Shown one piece after another: positions 53,376 through 64,000 of a DNA stretch of 64,000 bases. The stretch spans positions 11,483-75,482 of the forward strand of contig CAYQTL010000006.1 in NCBI GenBank assembly GCA_964420405.1, written 5' to 3'. The position numbers and the translations under genes were made by a program. Under the pieces are notes generated by a model that was not told the origin of the DNA, did not search any database, and worked only from the letters and a program-made list of their open reading frames with translations. Numbering within the stretch: position 1 is the first letter of the stretch; each line of letters opens with the position of its first letter. The stretch comes from an uncultured Thermoanaerobaculia bacterium. GTDB taxonomy: Bacteria; Acidobacteriota; Thermoanaerobaculia; Thermoanaerobaculales; Sulfomarinibacteraceae.

Positions 53376-53807
53376 TCACCTCACGACCAGCACGGGGCAG
53401 GGCGCCCGGTGGGTGAGGGCGTTGGAGACACTGCCGAGGAACAGCTCGCGCTCGGGCGACCGGCCCCTGGTGCCGGCCACCACCAGGTCGACCTTCAGGT
53501 TGGTGGCGAGCTCGACGATCTCACGGGCCGGGTTGCCGAGCAGGGTGACCTGCTCGATCCGGCCCCGATGCGCCGCGAGGGCCTCGGACGTCCGCTCCAG
53601 GATCGGCCGCGCCGCGGCGCGGACCCGCTCGTCGGCGGCGTCGGCGGGCAGCTCGACCAGGCCTTCGAGGCATTCACGGTCGTCGGGAAGAGGGAACACG
53701 TAGATCACGAAGATCTCGTCCTCGGGTCGCGGGCAGGCGTGGTCCACGAGGAAGCGTGCGGCCTTGAGGCTCGCCCGCGAGCCGTCGGTGGCGACGATGT
53801 ATCTCAT
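53376..53807 (-). CDS. universal stress protein (UspA family, 143 aa)
   Basis: MRYIVATDGS...DLVVAGTRGRS...GSVSNALTHRAPCPVLVV are classic Usp motifs. The start overlaps the upstream stop (ATGA). Confidence 0.9.
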   Translation of the reverse strand: MRYIVATDGSRASLKAARFLVDHACPRPEDEIFVIYVFPLPDDRECLEGLVELPADAADERVRAAARPILERTSEALAAHRGRIEQVTLLGNPAREIVELATNLKVDLVVAGTRGRSPERELFLGSVSNALTHRAPCPVLVVR

Positions 53808-54148
53808 GGTGGAGTCCTCCCGGGCCGTCCCACGGTCCTGGCGGCGGTGGACGCGGCGGTGAATCCACTGCGGGTGGCGTCGAGGATCTGTCCCGGCCGG
53901 AGGGCGTCGCCGACCACGTGGACCGGCACTCCGTCGCGCTCCAGCGAGTCGGAGATCGGGTCCCGCGAACGGTGGCCGACGGCCACCAGCACCGAGTCCA
54001 CGGGCTCCTCGACGATCTCTCCGGCCAGGCCGTCCTTCGCGAGGACGGCGCAGCGGCCGTCGAGGCGCACCAGGCGGGTCGAGGTGTGGATCGTCACCGG
54101 CAGACCGGAGAGTCGACCGAGGTTCATCTTCCGGGTCACGGCCTCCAT
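53804..54148 (-). pseudogene. C-terminal fragment of an FAD/NAD(P)-dependent pyridine-nucleotide-disulfide-type oxidoreductase (remnant or stand-alone domain, ~114 aa)
   Basis: VDSVLVAVGHRSRDPISDSLERDGVPVHVVGDALRPGQILDATRSGFTAA matches only the last third of such enzymes. No GxGxxG dinucleotide motifs are present. Start ATG 54148 (ATG 54127 or 54202 also possible). Confidence 0.5.
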
Positions 54149-54167
54149 GTCGCGAATGCGATGTCGC

Positions 54168-54662
54168 TCACGCGACGTCGCCCGGGCGGTGCAAGGCTCC
54201 ACTGTGCAGGGGAACCGCCTCGGCGATCGTCCGCAGCTTCTCCATCGCGGCCAGGTACCGCTTGAAGTAGGTCCTCGAGATCAGACGCTGGATCTGGAGC
54301 CCCGTGACGGGATCGGATCGCATGACCCGGTCCAGCCCCTGCGAGGTCACCTTGAGGAGGGTCGCGTCGCTCGCGCAGACGGCGGTCAGCGTGTACTCGG
54401 GAATGTCGAAGCAGACGCAGGACCCGAACAGAGCTCCCGTGTGCAGGTCCTCGATGTGCAGGAAGAAGTCGTTGGCGCGCGGCAGCTGCAGCCTGACGCT
54501 GCCGTCGAGGACGGCGTACAGCGAGTCCGACGGCTCACCTGACCGGAAGACGGTCTCACCCGCCCTGAACGAGACGACCTCGGAGACGTCGCTGAGTGCG
54601 CTGACCTCCTCGGGGTGGAGGAAGCTGAAGACCTCGTGGCTCGAGAGTGCTGCGGCGTCCAT
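54168..54662 (-). CDS. stand-alone cyclic-nucleotide-binding domain protein (164 aa, no DNA-binding domain)
   Basis: ATG 54662 after AAAGGAG. FRAGETVFRSGEPSDSLYAVLDGSVRL and the beta-roll region are typical of cNMP-binding domains. The C-terminus is a short helix with no HTH. Confidence 0.8.
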   Translation of the reverse strand: MDAAALSSHEVFSFLHPEEVSALSDVSEVVSFRAGETVFRSGEPSDSLYAVLDGSVRLQLPRANDFFLHIEDLHTGALFGSCVCFDIPEYTLTAVCASDATLLKVTSQGLDRVMRSDPVTGLQIQRLISRTYFKRYLAAMEKLRTIAEAVPLHSGALHRPGDVA

Positions 54663-54984
54663 GTCGTGACTCCTTTCGGCTCCGCCGGCGCGGATCATCC
54701 CCGCCGCCGTCGCTGGTGGTGGAGGCACGGGCCGTGCCAGGCGACGGAAGCGGGGGGCTGATCTCTGCAACTCCCTTCGGTGCCACCCTTCCGCCGCCGG
54801 AGGCGGGTTCTCGGTCGGTGCCGGTCGTCGTGGACAAACGCAGGAACGCTACGCAAGGGCGGACGAGGGTGGCGGAACCGATACCATGTCCGGAGGCGGT
54901 CGTCCCCCCGGCAGCCGTGGCGCACGACCGCCTGCCGCGACCGTCCGGCTCGAGAGCGGACGACGGGTCCCGGGCGACGCGGCG

Positions 54985-57900
54985 CTAGCGCACCGTCGGC
55001 ACCTGGAAGACCGGGTCGCCGGTGCGGCTGTCGATCACCGACAGGAAGGCGTCGACCGAGCTCCCGGCGACCGGCTCGACGACGAGCGTGCCGCCCTCGA
55101 TCACGACCGCGCCGAACAGCTCCGAGACGCGGTCGAGCTGGACGACCTCGCCGGCGGACAGCACGATCTCGTGGTCGGTTCCCACCGGGTCGCCGTCCGC
55201 GTCGAGGAGCCGCAGGGACACGGTGACCGCCGACGCGACCGGGTTGGTGAGGCCGAGGTTGGAGCGGAAGCGGTCATTCTGCGTCACGCCGACCAGAAAG
55301 CCCCGCGACCCCAGCAGGATCGAGGAGCCCCGGGGCTGCAGCGGAATGAGCTGGCCGTAGGTTCCTGTCGTCGTCTGGTTGAACGTGCGGCCGCTGATCA
55401 GGGTGCTCCTGAGCGCCCGCACGCGGACACTGATGGCGCCGGAGCCCATGCCGAACACGTCGTGCAGGACATCCCCGAGCACCCGCACCTCGAACGGCTG
55501 CAACGAGAGGGTCACCGTCTCGGGCTGGGGATTCGCCTGCCCGCGGACCAGCCGCTCGAGCACCACCGACGAGCTCGACGCAGCGGTGTTGACCAGCACG
55601 AGCTCGCTCTTCCAGTCCGTTCCCGCCGCCCCCGAGACCCGCGCCAGGCCCTGCATCACGCCCGACACGACACCACCCCGGGGCTCCTCGGCGGGCCGGT
55701 ACACCGGATCGCCGGTCGTCGCGTCGACCGTCGATCCGTACGCCATGAAGTCGCCGTCGGGGCTCGTCAGCCGGACCCACGCCGCGTCCACGGCGCCCGA
55801 GACCACGTCACGCAGGACCCGGTTGCGCTGGATGGAGCCCCGGGCGGGGACGTCGTACGTGGCGGTGCCGAGGAGCGCGCCGCCGGTGCCGAAGAACTCG
55901 GCGCGGACGGTGATCCCGTGCCCGGAGGTGTTGACCAGGCCGAGGTTCGACCGGGCGGCCGGACCTTCCACGAGCCCGGTGACGCAGGCCGTCTGGCCGG
56001 GGCCGAGTCGGGACTCCACCGCGGCTGCCGGGATCGACTGCCCGAATGTGCCGTCGGTGGTCGTGTTGTAGGTCCTGGTGGCGATGGCGAGGGGCTGGCC
56101 CGCCTCGATGAGCAGCGACGCCGCGGACCCGCTCGGGAGGCCGAACAGCCCGCCGAGGACGTCCTCGGCGAGCTCGGTCGCCATCACCGGCACCCTGAAG
56201 GTGCGCCGGGACGGGGACGGGTTGGCCTGGTCCCGCAGCCACGCCCGGACCGTGACCGTCGCCGGTGCATCGCCGAGGTTCGTGACGACGAGATCGGAGC
56301 GCCAGTCCGTGCCCGCCTGGCCGGCGAGCGTGGCGGTGGCCGGAACGAGGGCGCCGGCGATGCCGGGAACGAGGGCCTCGCCCCAGTGGAGGATGACGCC
56401 GTTGCGTCCCACCGCCCAGGCTTCGTCGGGGGACACCGTGACGACGTCGAGCAGGTCGTTGCCGGTGGGGGAGGGTACGTTCTGCCACAGGTTGTCATAC
56501 AGCCGGCGCGTGAATCCATCCTCTCCCACCATCCAGCCGGACGATCCGGAGCCGAACGGGCGGACGTCGACCGCGTTGAGCTTCGGCGTGTCGGCAGGCA
56601 GGCTCATCTCGATCCAGCTGCGCCCGTTGTACTGGAGGGCCGCCCCGCTGCCGTACTGGCCGCCGACAGCGTAGCCCCGGTCGGTGGAGACCATGCTGAC
56701 GCCGCCGAAGCTGCCGACGTCGGGGACGTCGACCGAGCTCCACGAGGACCCGTCGTAGTGGGCCATCACCTCCCCGGCGTAGCCCGCGGCCCACACGTCG
56801 TGCGGCCCCGCGGCGGCGATGGACTGGAAGGTGGTGTCGACGGGAGACTGGACCGGCGTCCACCGGGAGCCGTCCCAGTGTTGGAGGGTGTCCCACCCTG
56901 TCGCCCAGCCCTCGCCGGCACCGGTCATCACCATGTCGGTGGTGTTCTCGCTGTCCTGGAACGTGGTCCAGGCCATGCCGTCCCAGTGGAAGAAGGCCCG
57001 GGATCCCTGGGCCCAGCCGTCGTCGGGCCCGGTCATGGCGATGCTCCCGAAGGAGTACGCGCCGCCGGGGACCGGCACCCAGCGCCCGCCCGTCCAGCGG
57101 AGGATACTGTCGCCGGAGCCCACCGCCCAGAGGTCGTCGGTGGTCCCGGGCGTGAGGGCGATCCGGCTCACGGTTCGCAGCATCGGGCTGTTGAGCGGCG
57201 TCCACTCGACGCCGTCCCAGCGCAGGATGACCCCGCTGGCGCCGACGATCCATCCGAGGTCCGGTGACGCGAAGGCGACGGCCTCGAAGTCGATGCAGCC
57301 CACGGGGCTCGGCAGGACCTGCCAGGAGCTGCCGTCCCAGTGCAGCAGCGCGCCGCACTTGCCGACGGCCCACACGTCGTCGTCGGCCACCGCGGCCACG
57401 CCGAGCAGCCAGTCCGTGGTGACGGGCTGCTCGGTGGTCCAGGTCGAGCCGTTCCAGTGGTGCATGCTGCCGTAGTCGCCGACCGCCCAGCCGTCGCCGG
57501 GCCGCGACAGGCTGACGGCGGTGACCGGATGCTCGACGGTGGCGAAGACCTCCCAGGACGAACCGTCCAACCGGTACAGCACGCCGTCGCCGAGGGACGA
57601 CACCGCCGCCCATCCCGTGCCCGAGCCCTTCAGCTCGATGTCCTTCAGGACGCCGTTGTAGCGCTGGTCGGACTCGTCCCAGCCCCAGCCGGTGTACTCC
57701 AGGAAGGTCCCGAATCCCATCCAGTCCGCGCCCGCCCAGGCCTTCGGCGGGCTGGTGCCTGGCTGCACCGCAACCGCCCGGACCTGGTCGTCGGCGTCGG
57801 TGACGCCGTAGACCCCGGACCAGCCGCTGCCGTCGAACACGAGGAGCCGGCCCTCGTCACCGACCGCCCATCCCAGGCTCGGCCCCGCCATCGCGATGTC

Positions 57901-58164
57901 CACCAGCCGGGCGGAGGTCCCGGTGTCCACGGCCTCCCAGGAGGCGCCGGCGCCGCGCAGCACGGTACCCCCGCCGCCCGCCGCCCATACCGTCGCGCCG
58001 CGGCTGCCGGGCACGACCGAGAGCGCGGACAGCAGGTTCCGGCACGGGTCGGGCTGGCCGGGACCCCAGCACCGCCACTCGGGAGCGTCCGCACCTACGA
58101 GCGCCGCCGCGCCGAGTGCGGCCGTCAGGACGATCAGGTATCGGACCGATCGGGAACACGTCAT
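54985..58164 (-). CDS. large secreted protein: ~12-blade beta-propeller (Ycf48/BNR-like W..V....WAVG..G..L..DG..W repeats) plus two tandem ~215-aa C-terminal modules (1059 aa)
   Basis: Signal peptide MTCSRSVRYLIVLTAALGAAALVGADA. Many repeats such as WAVGDEGRLLVFDGSGW, WAVGKCGALLHWDGSSW, WIVGASGVILRWDGVEW. The two C-terminal modules share AGTDW(R/K)S(D/E)L, RT(Y/F)N.TT.GT(F/Y)GQ.IP, RSNLGL.N and S.(V/I)D..TGDPV(Y/F). Confidence 0.9.
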   Translation of the reverse strand: MTCSRSVRYLIVLTAALGAAALVGADAPEWRCWGPGQPDPCRNLLSALSVVPGSRGATVWAAGGGGTVLRGAGASWEAVDTGTSARLVDIAMAGPSLGWAVGDEGRLLVFDGSGWSGVYGVTDADDQVRAVAVQPGTSPPKAWAGADWMGFGTFLEYTGWGWDESDQRYNGVLKDIELKGSGTGWAAVSSLGDGVLYRLDGSSWEVFATVEHPVTAVSLSRPGDGWAVGDYGSMHHWNGSTWTTEQPVTTDWLLGVAAVADDDVWAVGKCGALLHWDGSSWQVLPSPVGCIDFEAVAFASPDLGWIVGASGVILRWDGVEWTPLNSPMLRTVSRIALTPGTTDDLWAVGSGDSILRWTGGRWVPVPGGAYSFGSIAMTGPDDGWAQGSRAFFHWDGMAWTTFQDSENTTDMVMTGAGEGWATGWDTLQHWDGSRWTPVQSPVDTTFQSIAAAGPHDVWAAGYAGEVMAHYDGSSWSSVDVPDVGSFGGVSMVSTDRGYAVGGQYGSGAALQYNGRSWIEMSLPADTPKLNAVDVRPFGSGSSGWMVGEDGFTRRLYDNLWQNVPSPTGNDLLDVVTVSPDEAWAVGRNGVILHWGEALVPGIAGALVPATATLAGQAGTDWRSDLVVTNLGDAPATVTVRAWLRDQANPSPSRRTFRVPVMATELAEDVLGGLFGLPSGSAASLLIEAGQPLAIATRTYNTTTDGTFGQSIPAAAVESRLGPGQTACVTGLVEGPAARSNLGLVNTSGHGITVRAEFFGTGGALLGTATYDVPARGSIQRNRVLRDVVSGAVDAAWVRLTSPDGDFMAYGSTVDATTGDPVYRPAEEPRGGVVSGVMQGLARVSGAAGTDWKSELVLVNTAASSSSVVLERLVRGQANPQPETVTLSLQPFEVRVLGDVLHDVFGMGSGAISVRVRALRSTLISGRTFNQTTTGTYGQLIPLQPRGSSILLGSRGFLVGVTQNDRFRSNLGLTNPVASAVTVSLRLLDADGDPVGTDHEIVLSAGEVVQLDRVSELFGAVVIEGGTLVVEPVAGSSVDAFLSVIDSRTGDPVFQVPTVR

Positions 58165-58382
58165 CGAGGTCCTCCCCGGCCGCCGGTCCGCGTGCCCCGG
58201 CGTCGCCGTTCGTCACCGCATGGTCAGCAAACGACGTGCCGGGCCCGACGCGCATCCCCGTCCCCGACGGGGGTGGAGATGCACCCGGGGGTGCATGGGC
58301 GCACCGGAAGGGACCGTCCGTTGGGCGGTCGCACGGCTCGGTCCCGCGGCTGGTCCATCGCGAGCAGCGTGGAAAACGGAAA

Positions 58383-58410
58383 CGGCCCGGGCGGTCTCCC
58401 GCTCGGGCCG
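58383..58410 (-). terminator. intrinsic terminator after katG
   Basis: 12-bp stem (one mismatch) CGGCCCGAGCGG / CCGCCCGGGCCG on the reverse strand with a 4-nt loop, followed on that strand by TTTCCGTTTTCC. It lies 23 nt downstream of the katG stop. Confidence 0.6.
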
Positions 58411-58432
58411 CTCCGATGTCGCGACGGGGGAA

Positions 58433-61148
<2,716 letters not shown>

Positions 61149-61154
61149 GAGGGT

Positions 61155-61183
61155 AGTATGAGTCGAGTTCTGGATCGTGTCAA
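61155..61183 (-). promoter_or_regulatory. sigma-70-type promoter of the fur-katG operon, probably giving a leaderless mRNA
   Basis: On the reverse strand, TTGACA (61183..61178)-N17-CATACT (61160..61155). The -10 hexamer ends 4 nt before the fur ATG, so the predicted TSS falls at the start codon. Confidence 0.55.
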
Positions 61184-61363
61184 GATACGGATACGTTCAG
61201 AGAGAGCGATCGGCGTACGTGGGACCGGCCGTCGCCCGCCCTGCGGCTCCCGCCGTCGGCCCTGCGTCGCGCGTGCTCGAACCGGCGCTTCCCGCACGGA
61301 CGACGAACAACCCGGGCGGGGGAACCGCCCGGGTCTCCTGGTCGCAGTGCCGCGTGCGGACCG

Positions 61364-61822
61364 CTACTCCATGGGTTTCAGCGTCACCTCGCGCATCATG
61401 TTGCTGCCGAGGAACTTCCTCATCTCGAAGCGGGGCATGGCCATGGCCTCGCGTTTCTCCTCGTCGGCGGTCCCGGAGTGCTTGGTGGCGAGAGCCTGCC
61501 ACTTCGCCTCCATCTCGGCGTCGTAGTCAAGGGCGGCGGCGCCGTCCTTGTAGGCCGTGCAGAACATGACGTCCCAGTCCTCCGGGGAGGCCGGCTTCTG
61601 CACGAACAGACGCTGGTCCAGCACGAGGCCGGTCGCCTCGGCCTCCGCGTACATCGACGCCAGGTTCGTCCGCAGGTACTCCATGTAGTCGTTGAACTTG
61701 CCGGGTAGGGTGCGGTACGCGTCGCACTCCCACACCGGACCCTCGGTCCAGTGCTCCTGAGCATGCACTGTCGTCGCACCGACCATCAGACACACCATGG
61801 CCGCCACCAGCATTCGTCGCAT
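61364..61822 (-). CDS. secreted protein of unknown function (152 aa)
   Basis: Second ATG (61822) follows AGGAGG-N6. Signal peptide MRRMLVAAMVCLMVGATTVHAQ. Balanced composition rich in Lys/Glu/Met/Tyr, which is unusual in this GC-rich context and so very unlikely to be spurious. Confidence 0.85.
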   Translation of the reverse strand: MRRMLVAAMVCLMVGATTVHAQEHWTEGPVWECDAYRTLPGKFNDYMEYLRTNLASMYAEAEATGLVLDQRLFVQKPASPEDWDVMFCTAYKDGAAALDYDAEMEAKWQALATKHSGTADEEKREAMAMPRFEMRKFLGSNMMREVTLKPME

Positions 61823-61867
61823 CGCGCGCCTCCTCATCTGTCGCTTTCTGGACTGGATCTGAGTCGC

Positions 61868-61897
61868 AGTCTAGATAAAAGCACGCCCATCTGTCAA
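61868..61897 (-). promoter_or_regulatory. sigma-70-type promoter for the 61364..61822 gene
   Basis: On the reverse strand, TTGACA (61897..61892)-N18-TAGACT (61873..61868), about 45 nt upstream of the start codon in a locally AT-rich stretch. Confidence 0.5.
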
Positions 61898-61931
61898 CTT
61901 CGAGCTGTGCCTCCTTCGGCCGGTCACGCCG

Positions 61932-62306
61932 TCAGGCCGGGCCGGGGCTGCGTGATGCTGCGACTGAAGCTCGCCCGCCGGAGCGACGCCCGTTCACCTC
62001 CGAACGTGGGCGCGCGTCCCCGGCGTCGACGTCAGGTGCGTCCGGGCCACGGCCCCGAACGGCGGCTTCAGGGTCGATGACAGCGGGTGCGGTGACGGCG
62101 CTGGAACGTCCGGGCGCCGGGACGGGCGAGCCGTCGGCGATGAACGAGACTCGTGCCGGCGACGTGTCGAGGACCCGGACCAGCGCGCTTCCGGCCGACC
62201 AGAGCATCGAGCCGTCGTCGTTGAGCACGATGTTGTTTCCCTGGTCGAAGAGCCCGTCGCCGGCCCCCGGGGTCGTGTCGTAGGACGGGCCGACGGGGAC
62301 GCGCAT
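61932..62306 (-). CDS. hypothetical protein (124 aa), weak call
   Basis: High GC3 and protein-like sequence for MRVPVGPSYDTTPGAGDGLFDQGNNIVLNDDGSMLWSAGSALVRVLDTSPARVSFIADG, then decay into an Arg/Gly/Ala tail. The upstream extension of the track ORF runs into the palindromic element and is rejected. Confidence 0.3.
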   Translation of the reverse strand: MRVPVGPSYDTTPGAGDGLFDQGNNIVLNDDGSMLWSAGSALVRVLDTSPARVSFIADGSPVPAPGRSSAVTAPAVIDPEAAVRGRGPDAPDVDAGDARPRSEVNGRRSGGRASVAASRSPGPA

Positions 62307-62431
62307 CACGAGCTCGTCGGCGAGGCTGCGAGGCAGGCCGCCAGGCCGATGGCTGCGAGGGTTCGCGGGAGATCGGGGAGACGCATCGTCGGTGTTCTCC
62401 GGTCTGGACTCCTGGTCGGCGGAGATCCCCG

Positions 62432-62599
62432 CTAGGAGGTCGTAGGGCATAGATGGCGGATGGATTTCGGAGCGTCGTGAGATGCCCGTTTTCGGCGGAT
62501 TCGAGGCGCAGTACTCTGAGTACGGGCCGAGAATCCGCCGGAAACGGGCGCTCACGACGCCCGAAAGGCGCCGTCAGTCTATGCCCTACGCCCTCCTAG
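62432..62599. mobile_element. 168-nt palindromic (MITE-like) non-coding element
   Basis: Terminal inverted repeats CTAGGAGGTCGTAGGGCATAGA / TCTATGCCCTACGCCCTCCTAG. The arms pair along most of their length (..TTCGG.GCGTCGTGAG.GCCCGTTT.CGGCGGATTC..). The central palindrome GTACTC-T-GAGTAC is at 62511..62523. Lower G+C than the surroundings. A shorter copy lies at 53269..53368. Confidence 0.6.
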
Positions 62600-62895
62600 A
62601 GCTCGTCTCCGCGGTCGGGGGGCGTTCGGGGAACCTGGCTGCCGATTCTACCCGGTGTCCCGAACGCGACGAAGGGCCGGGCCGGCCCGGGGGGACGGCC
62701 CGCCGTCGAGCTCCCGGTCTCGCCGCGTCGGCGAGGGTGCAGCGGCCCGCTGCTCGCGCTCGGGCGTTCGCCGCGGATCGTGGAGGTGCGGACCCGCTGA
62801 GCGCACGGTGGTGCAGGCCGCGGGGGGCGGCGCATCCGGTGGAGACTACATCGGGAGGGGAGCCGCCGGTGCCCGCTTCGGGAGCGGGACACGAC

Positions 62896-62923
62896 CCCGG
62901 CGGGGGCCGGAGCCCCCGCCGGG
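62896..62923 (-). terminator. GC-rich hairpin downstream of the FG-GAP protein gene
   Basis: Perfect 12-bp stem CCCGGCGGGGGC / GCCCCCGCCGGG with a 4-nt loop, about 70 nt after the stop at 62992. A second 6-bp hairpin CCCGCT-TCGGG-AGCGGG lies just beyond it. No U-tract. Confidence 0.45.
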
Positions 62924-62991
62924 TGTTCCGACTGGTTGGCCGTTCCCGTCCGCGCCGGGACCGGCTGCGGAGTTGTCGGATCGCGGCGCGG

Positions 62992-64000
62992 CTACTCGGT
63001 TGCCGCCGACCAGCGGTCGGTGTCGCCGGGCTCGAAGTCGCCTGCGAACAGGGTCTTCGTCACTCGCGAGGCGGCCACCGACCAGCCGAACAGGTCGCCG
63101 TCCTCGCAGTCTCCCTGGACGCCGGTGAAGCAGTGGTTGAAGTACTCGTTGTCGAGGTCGAGGCCGAGGGAGGATCCGTACACGAGGAAGATCCACCCCA
63201 TGTCGGTGAGGACGAAGTCCTCCCACGGGCTGGTCAGGACGAGATCGCCGTAGCCGTCGCCGTCGAAGTCGCCCGAGGCGAGGCGGAAGGCGAAGCGGTC
63301 CTCCGCGACCACCGACCCGATGTCGAGGTTCGCCTCGCCGATCATGGAGGACCCGCTGGTGTCGAGGCCGAGGGCGGAGCCCGGGATCACGTGGGCGACG
63401 CCGGCCTGGTCCGCACCGCTCCAGTTCTCGTACGGCGATCCCACCGCGAGGTCGTCGAAGCCGTCGCCGTCGAAGTCGCCGGTGGCGAGGGAGAACCCGA
63501 ACCGGTCGTTCGACTCGCGGTCGGTTCCGGGGACGTACTCCTGGTGGATCTGCTGGCCGCCGACGTTCGTCAGGCCCGCCGCCGAGCCGCGGATGACGTG
63601 GAGCCAGCCGCAGTCGGTGTACGCGTCCAGATCCTCGTCGGGGATGCCGACCGCGAGGTCGTCGTAGCCGTCGTTGTCGAAGTCGCCCGCGGCGAGGGCG
63701 AAGCCGTAGTGGTCGTAGGCCTCGTTGACGCCTGCGAACGTCATCCGCTCCTGGTGCCAGAAGTCCAGGGCGGGGCTCGTGACCAGGCCGGTCGGGTCTC
63801 CCCAGACGACCGCCACCAGTCCGGCGCTCTCGGTTCCGGCGCCGAAGGTCTCTCCGGTGGAGCCGATGGCGAGGTCGTCGTAGCCGTCGCCGTCGAAGTC
63901 GCCCACGGCCAGCGACGCCCCGAAGAGGTCGTTCGGCTCGGTGCCGCCGGCCTCGATGTCGTCCTGCTCCCAGTGCTCCGAGCCCGACGACGTGAGGCCC
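62992..64000 (-). CDS. FG-GAP/integrin-alpha-like repeat protein with C-terminal GFEPGD tag (3' part; gene continues beyond the window)
   Basis: Repeats FG.SLA.GDFDGDG.DDLAVG (FGFSLATGDFDGDGFDDLAVGSP, YGFALAAGDFDNDGYDDLAVGIP, FAFRLASGDFDGDGYGDLVLTSP). The frame stays open upstream of the track start (..FGASLAVGDFDGDG at 63990..63900) to position 64000. Ends LFAGDFEPGDTDRWSAATE. Confidence 0.9.
   Translation of the reverse strand, partial: GLTSSGSEHWEQDDIEAGGTEPNDLFGASLAVGDFDGDGYDDLAIGSTGETFGAGTESAGLVAVVWGDPTGLVTSPALDFWHQERMTFAGVNEAYDHYGFALAAGDFDNDGYDDLAVGIPDEDLDAYTDCGWLHVIRGSAAGLTNVGGQQIHQEYVPGTDRESNDRFGFSLATGDFDGDGFDDLAVGSPYENWSGADQAGVAHVIPGSALGLDTSGSSMIGEANLDIGSVVAEDRFAFRLASGDFDGDGYGDLVLTSPWEDFVLTDMGWIFLVYGSSLGLDLDNEYFNHCFTGVQGDCEDGDLFGWSVAASRVTKTLFAGDFEPGDTDRWSAATE

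Noticed and set aside
62307-62555. Upstream extension of ORF 61932..62555 to the annotated Met
   Set aside because: The extension reads through the palindromic element and has a low-quality Pro/Arg/Ser-rich translation. Only the 3' part shows coding-like third-position bias, and even that is a weak call.

Overview
This is 64 kb of very G+C-rich bacterial chromosome, roughly 70 percent G+C by eye (not computed). The six-frame track is therefore full of long spurious Arg/Pro/Gly/Ala ORFs. I picked genes by protein-like composition, G/C at third codon positions, Shine-Dalgarno sequences, 4-nt start/stop overlaps and family motifs read by eye. I call about 50 protein-coding genes. I saw no rRNA, tRNA, CRISPR array, transposase, integrase or phage gene. 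Recognisable content includes an argC-argB-argD-(short GNAT)-argJ operon, a Fur-family regulator plus katG, an MscS-type channel and an AbgT transporter. It also includes an SDR, an aldo-keto reductase, an FAD dehydrogenase, a GT1 glycosyltransferase, TetR/MerR/MocR regulators, a PAS-rich hybrid histidine kinase and a sigma-54 enhancer-binding protein. The sigma-54 protein argues against Actinobacteria despite the G+C content; a high-GC Gram-negative lineage is my guess only. About a third of the window encodes large secreted proteins of unknown or poorly defined function. The most noteworthy observations are these. (1) Five unrelated secreted proteins end in the same short acidic C-terminal tag (D-G-F-E-S-G-D-x3-W-S), which looks like an undescribed sorting or maturation signal. 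(2) A mosaic non-coding repeat family built around (GATCCC)n hexamer arrays sits at every operon boundary between 21.5 and 28.2 kb. (3) A translationally coupled operon encodes a Ddl-like ATP-grasp ligase fused to an apparently dead M20 peptidase-like domain, a cytoplasmic GGT-family enzyme and an FGase-family amidohydrolase, behind a MocR regulator and a decayed radical-SAM-like ORF. (4) A near-consensus sigma-54 promoter with two upstream palindromes lies in front of the arginine operon, next to a divergent enhancer-binding protein with a degenerate receiver. (5) A 168-nt palindromic MITE-like element has a shorter second copy that supplies the stop codon of a glycosyltransferase gene. All family assignments come from motif recognition by eye and need database confirmation.
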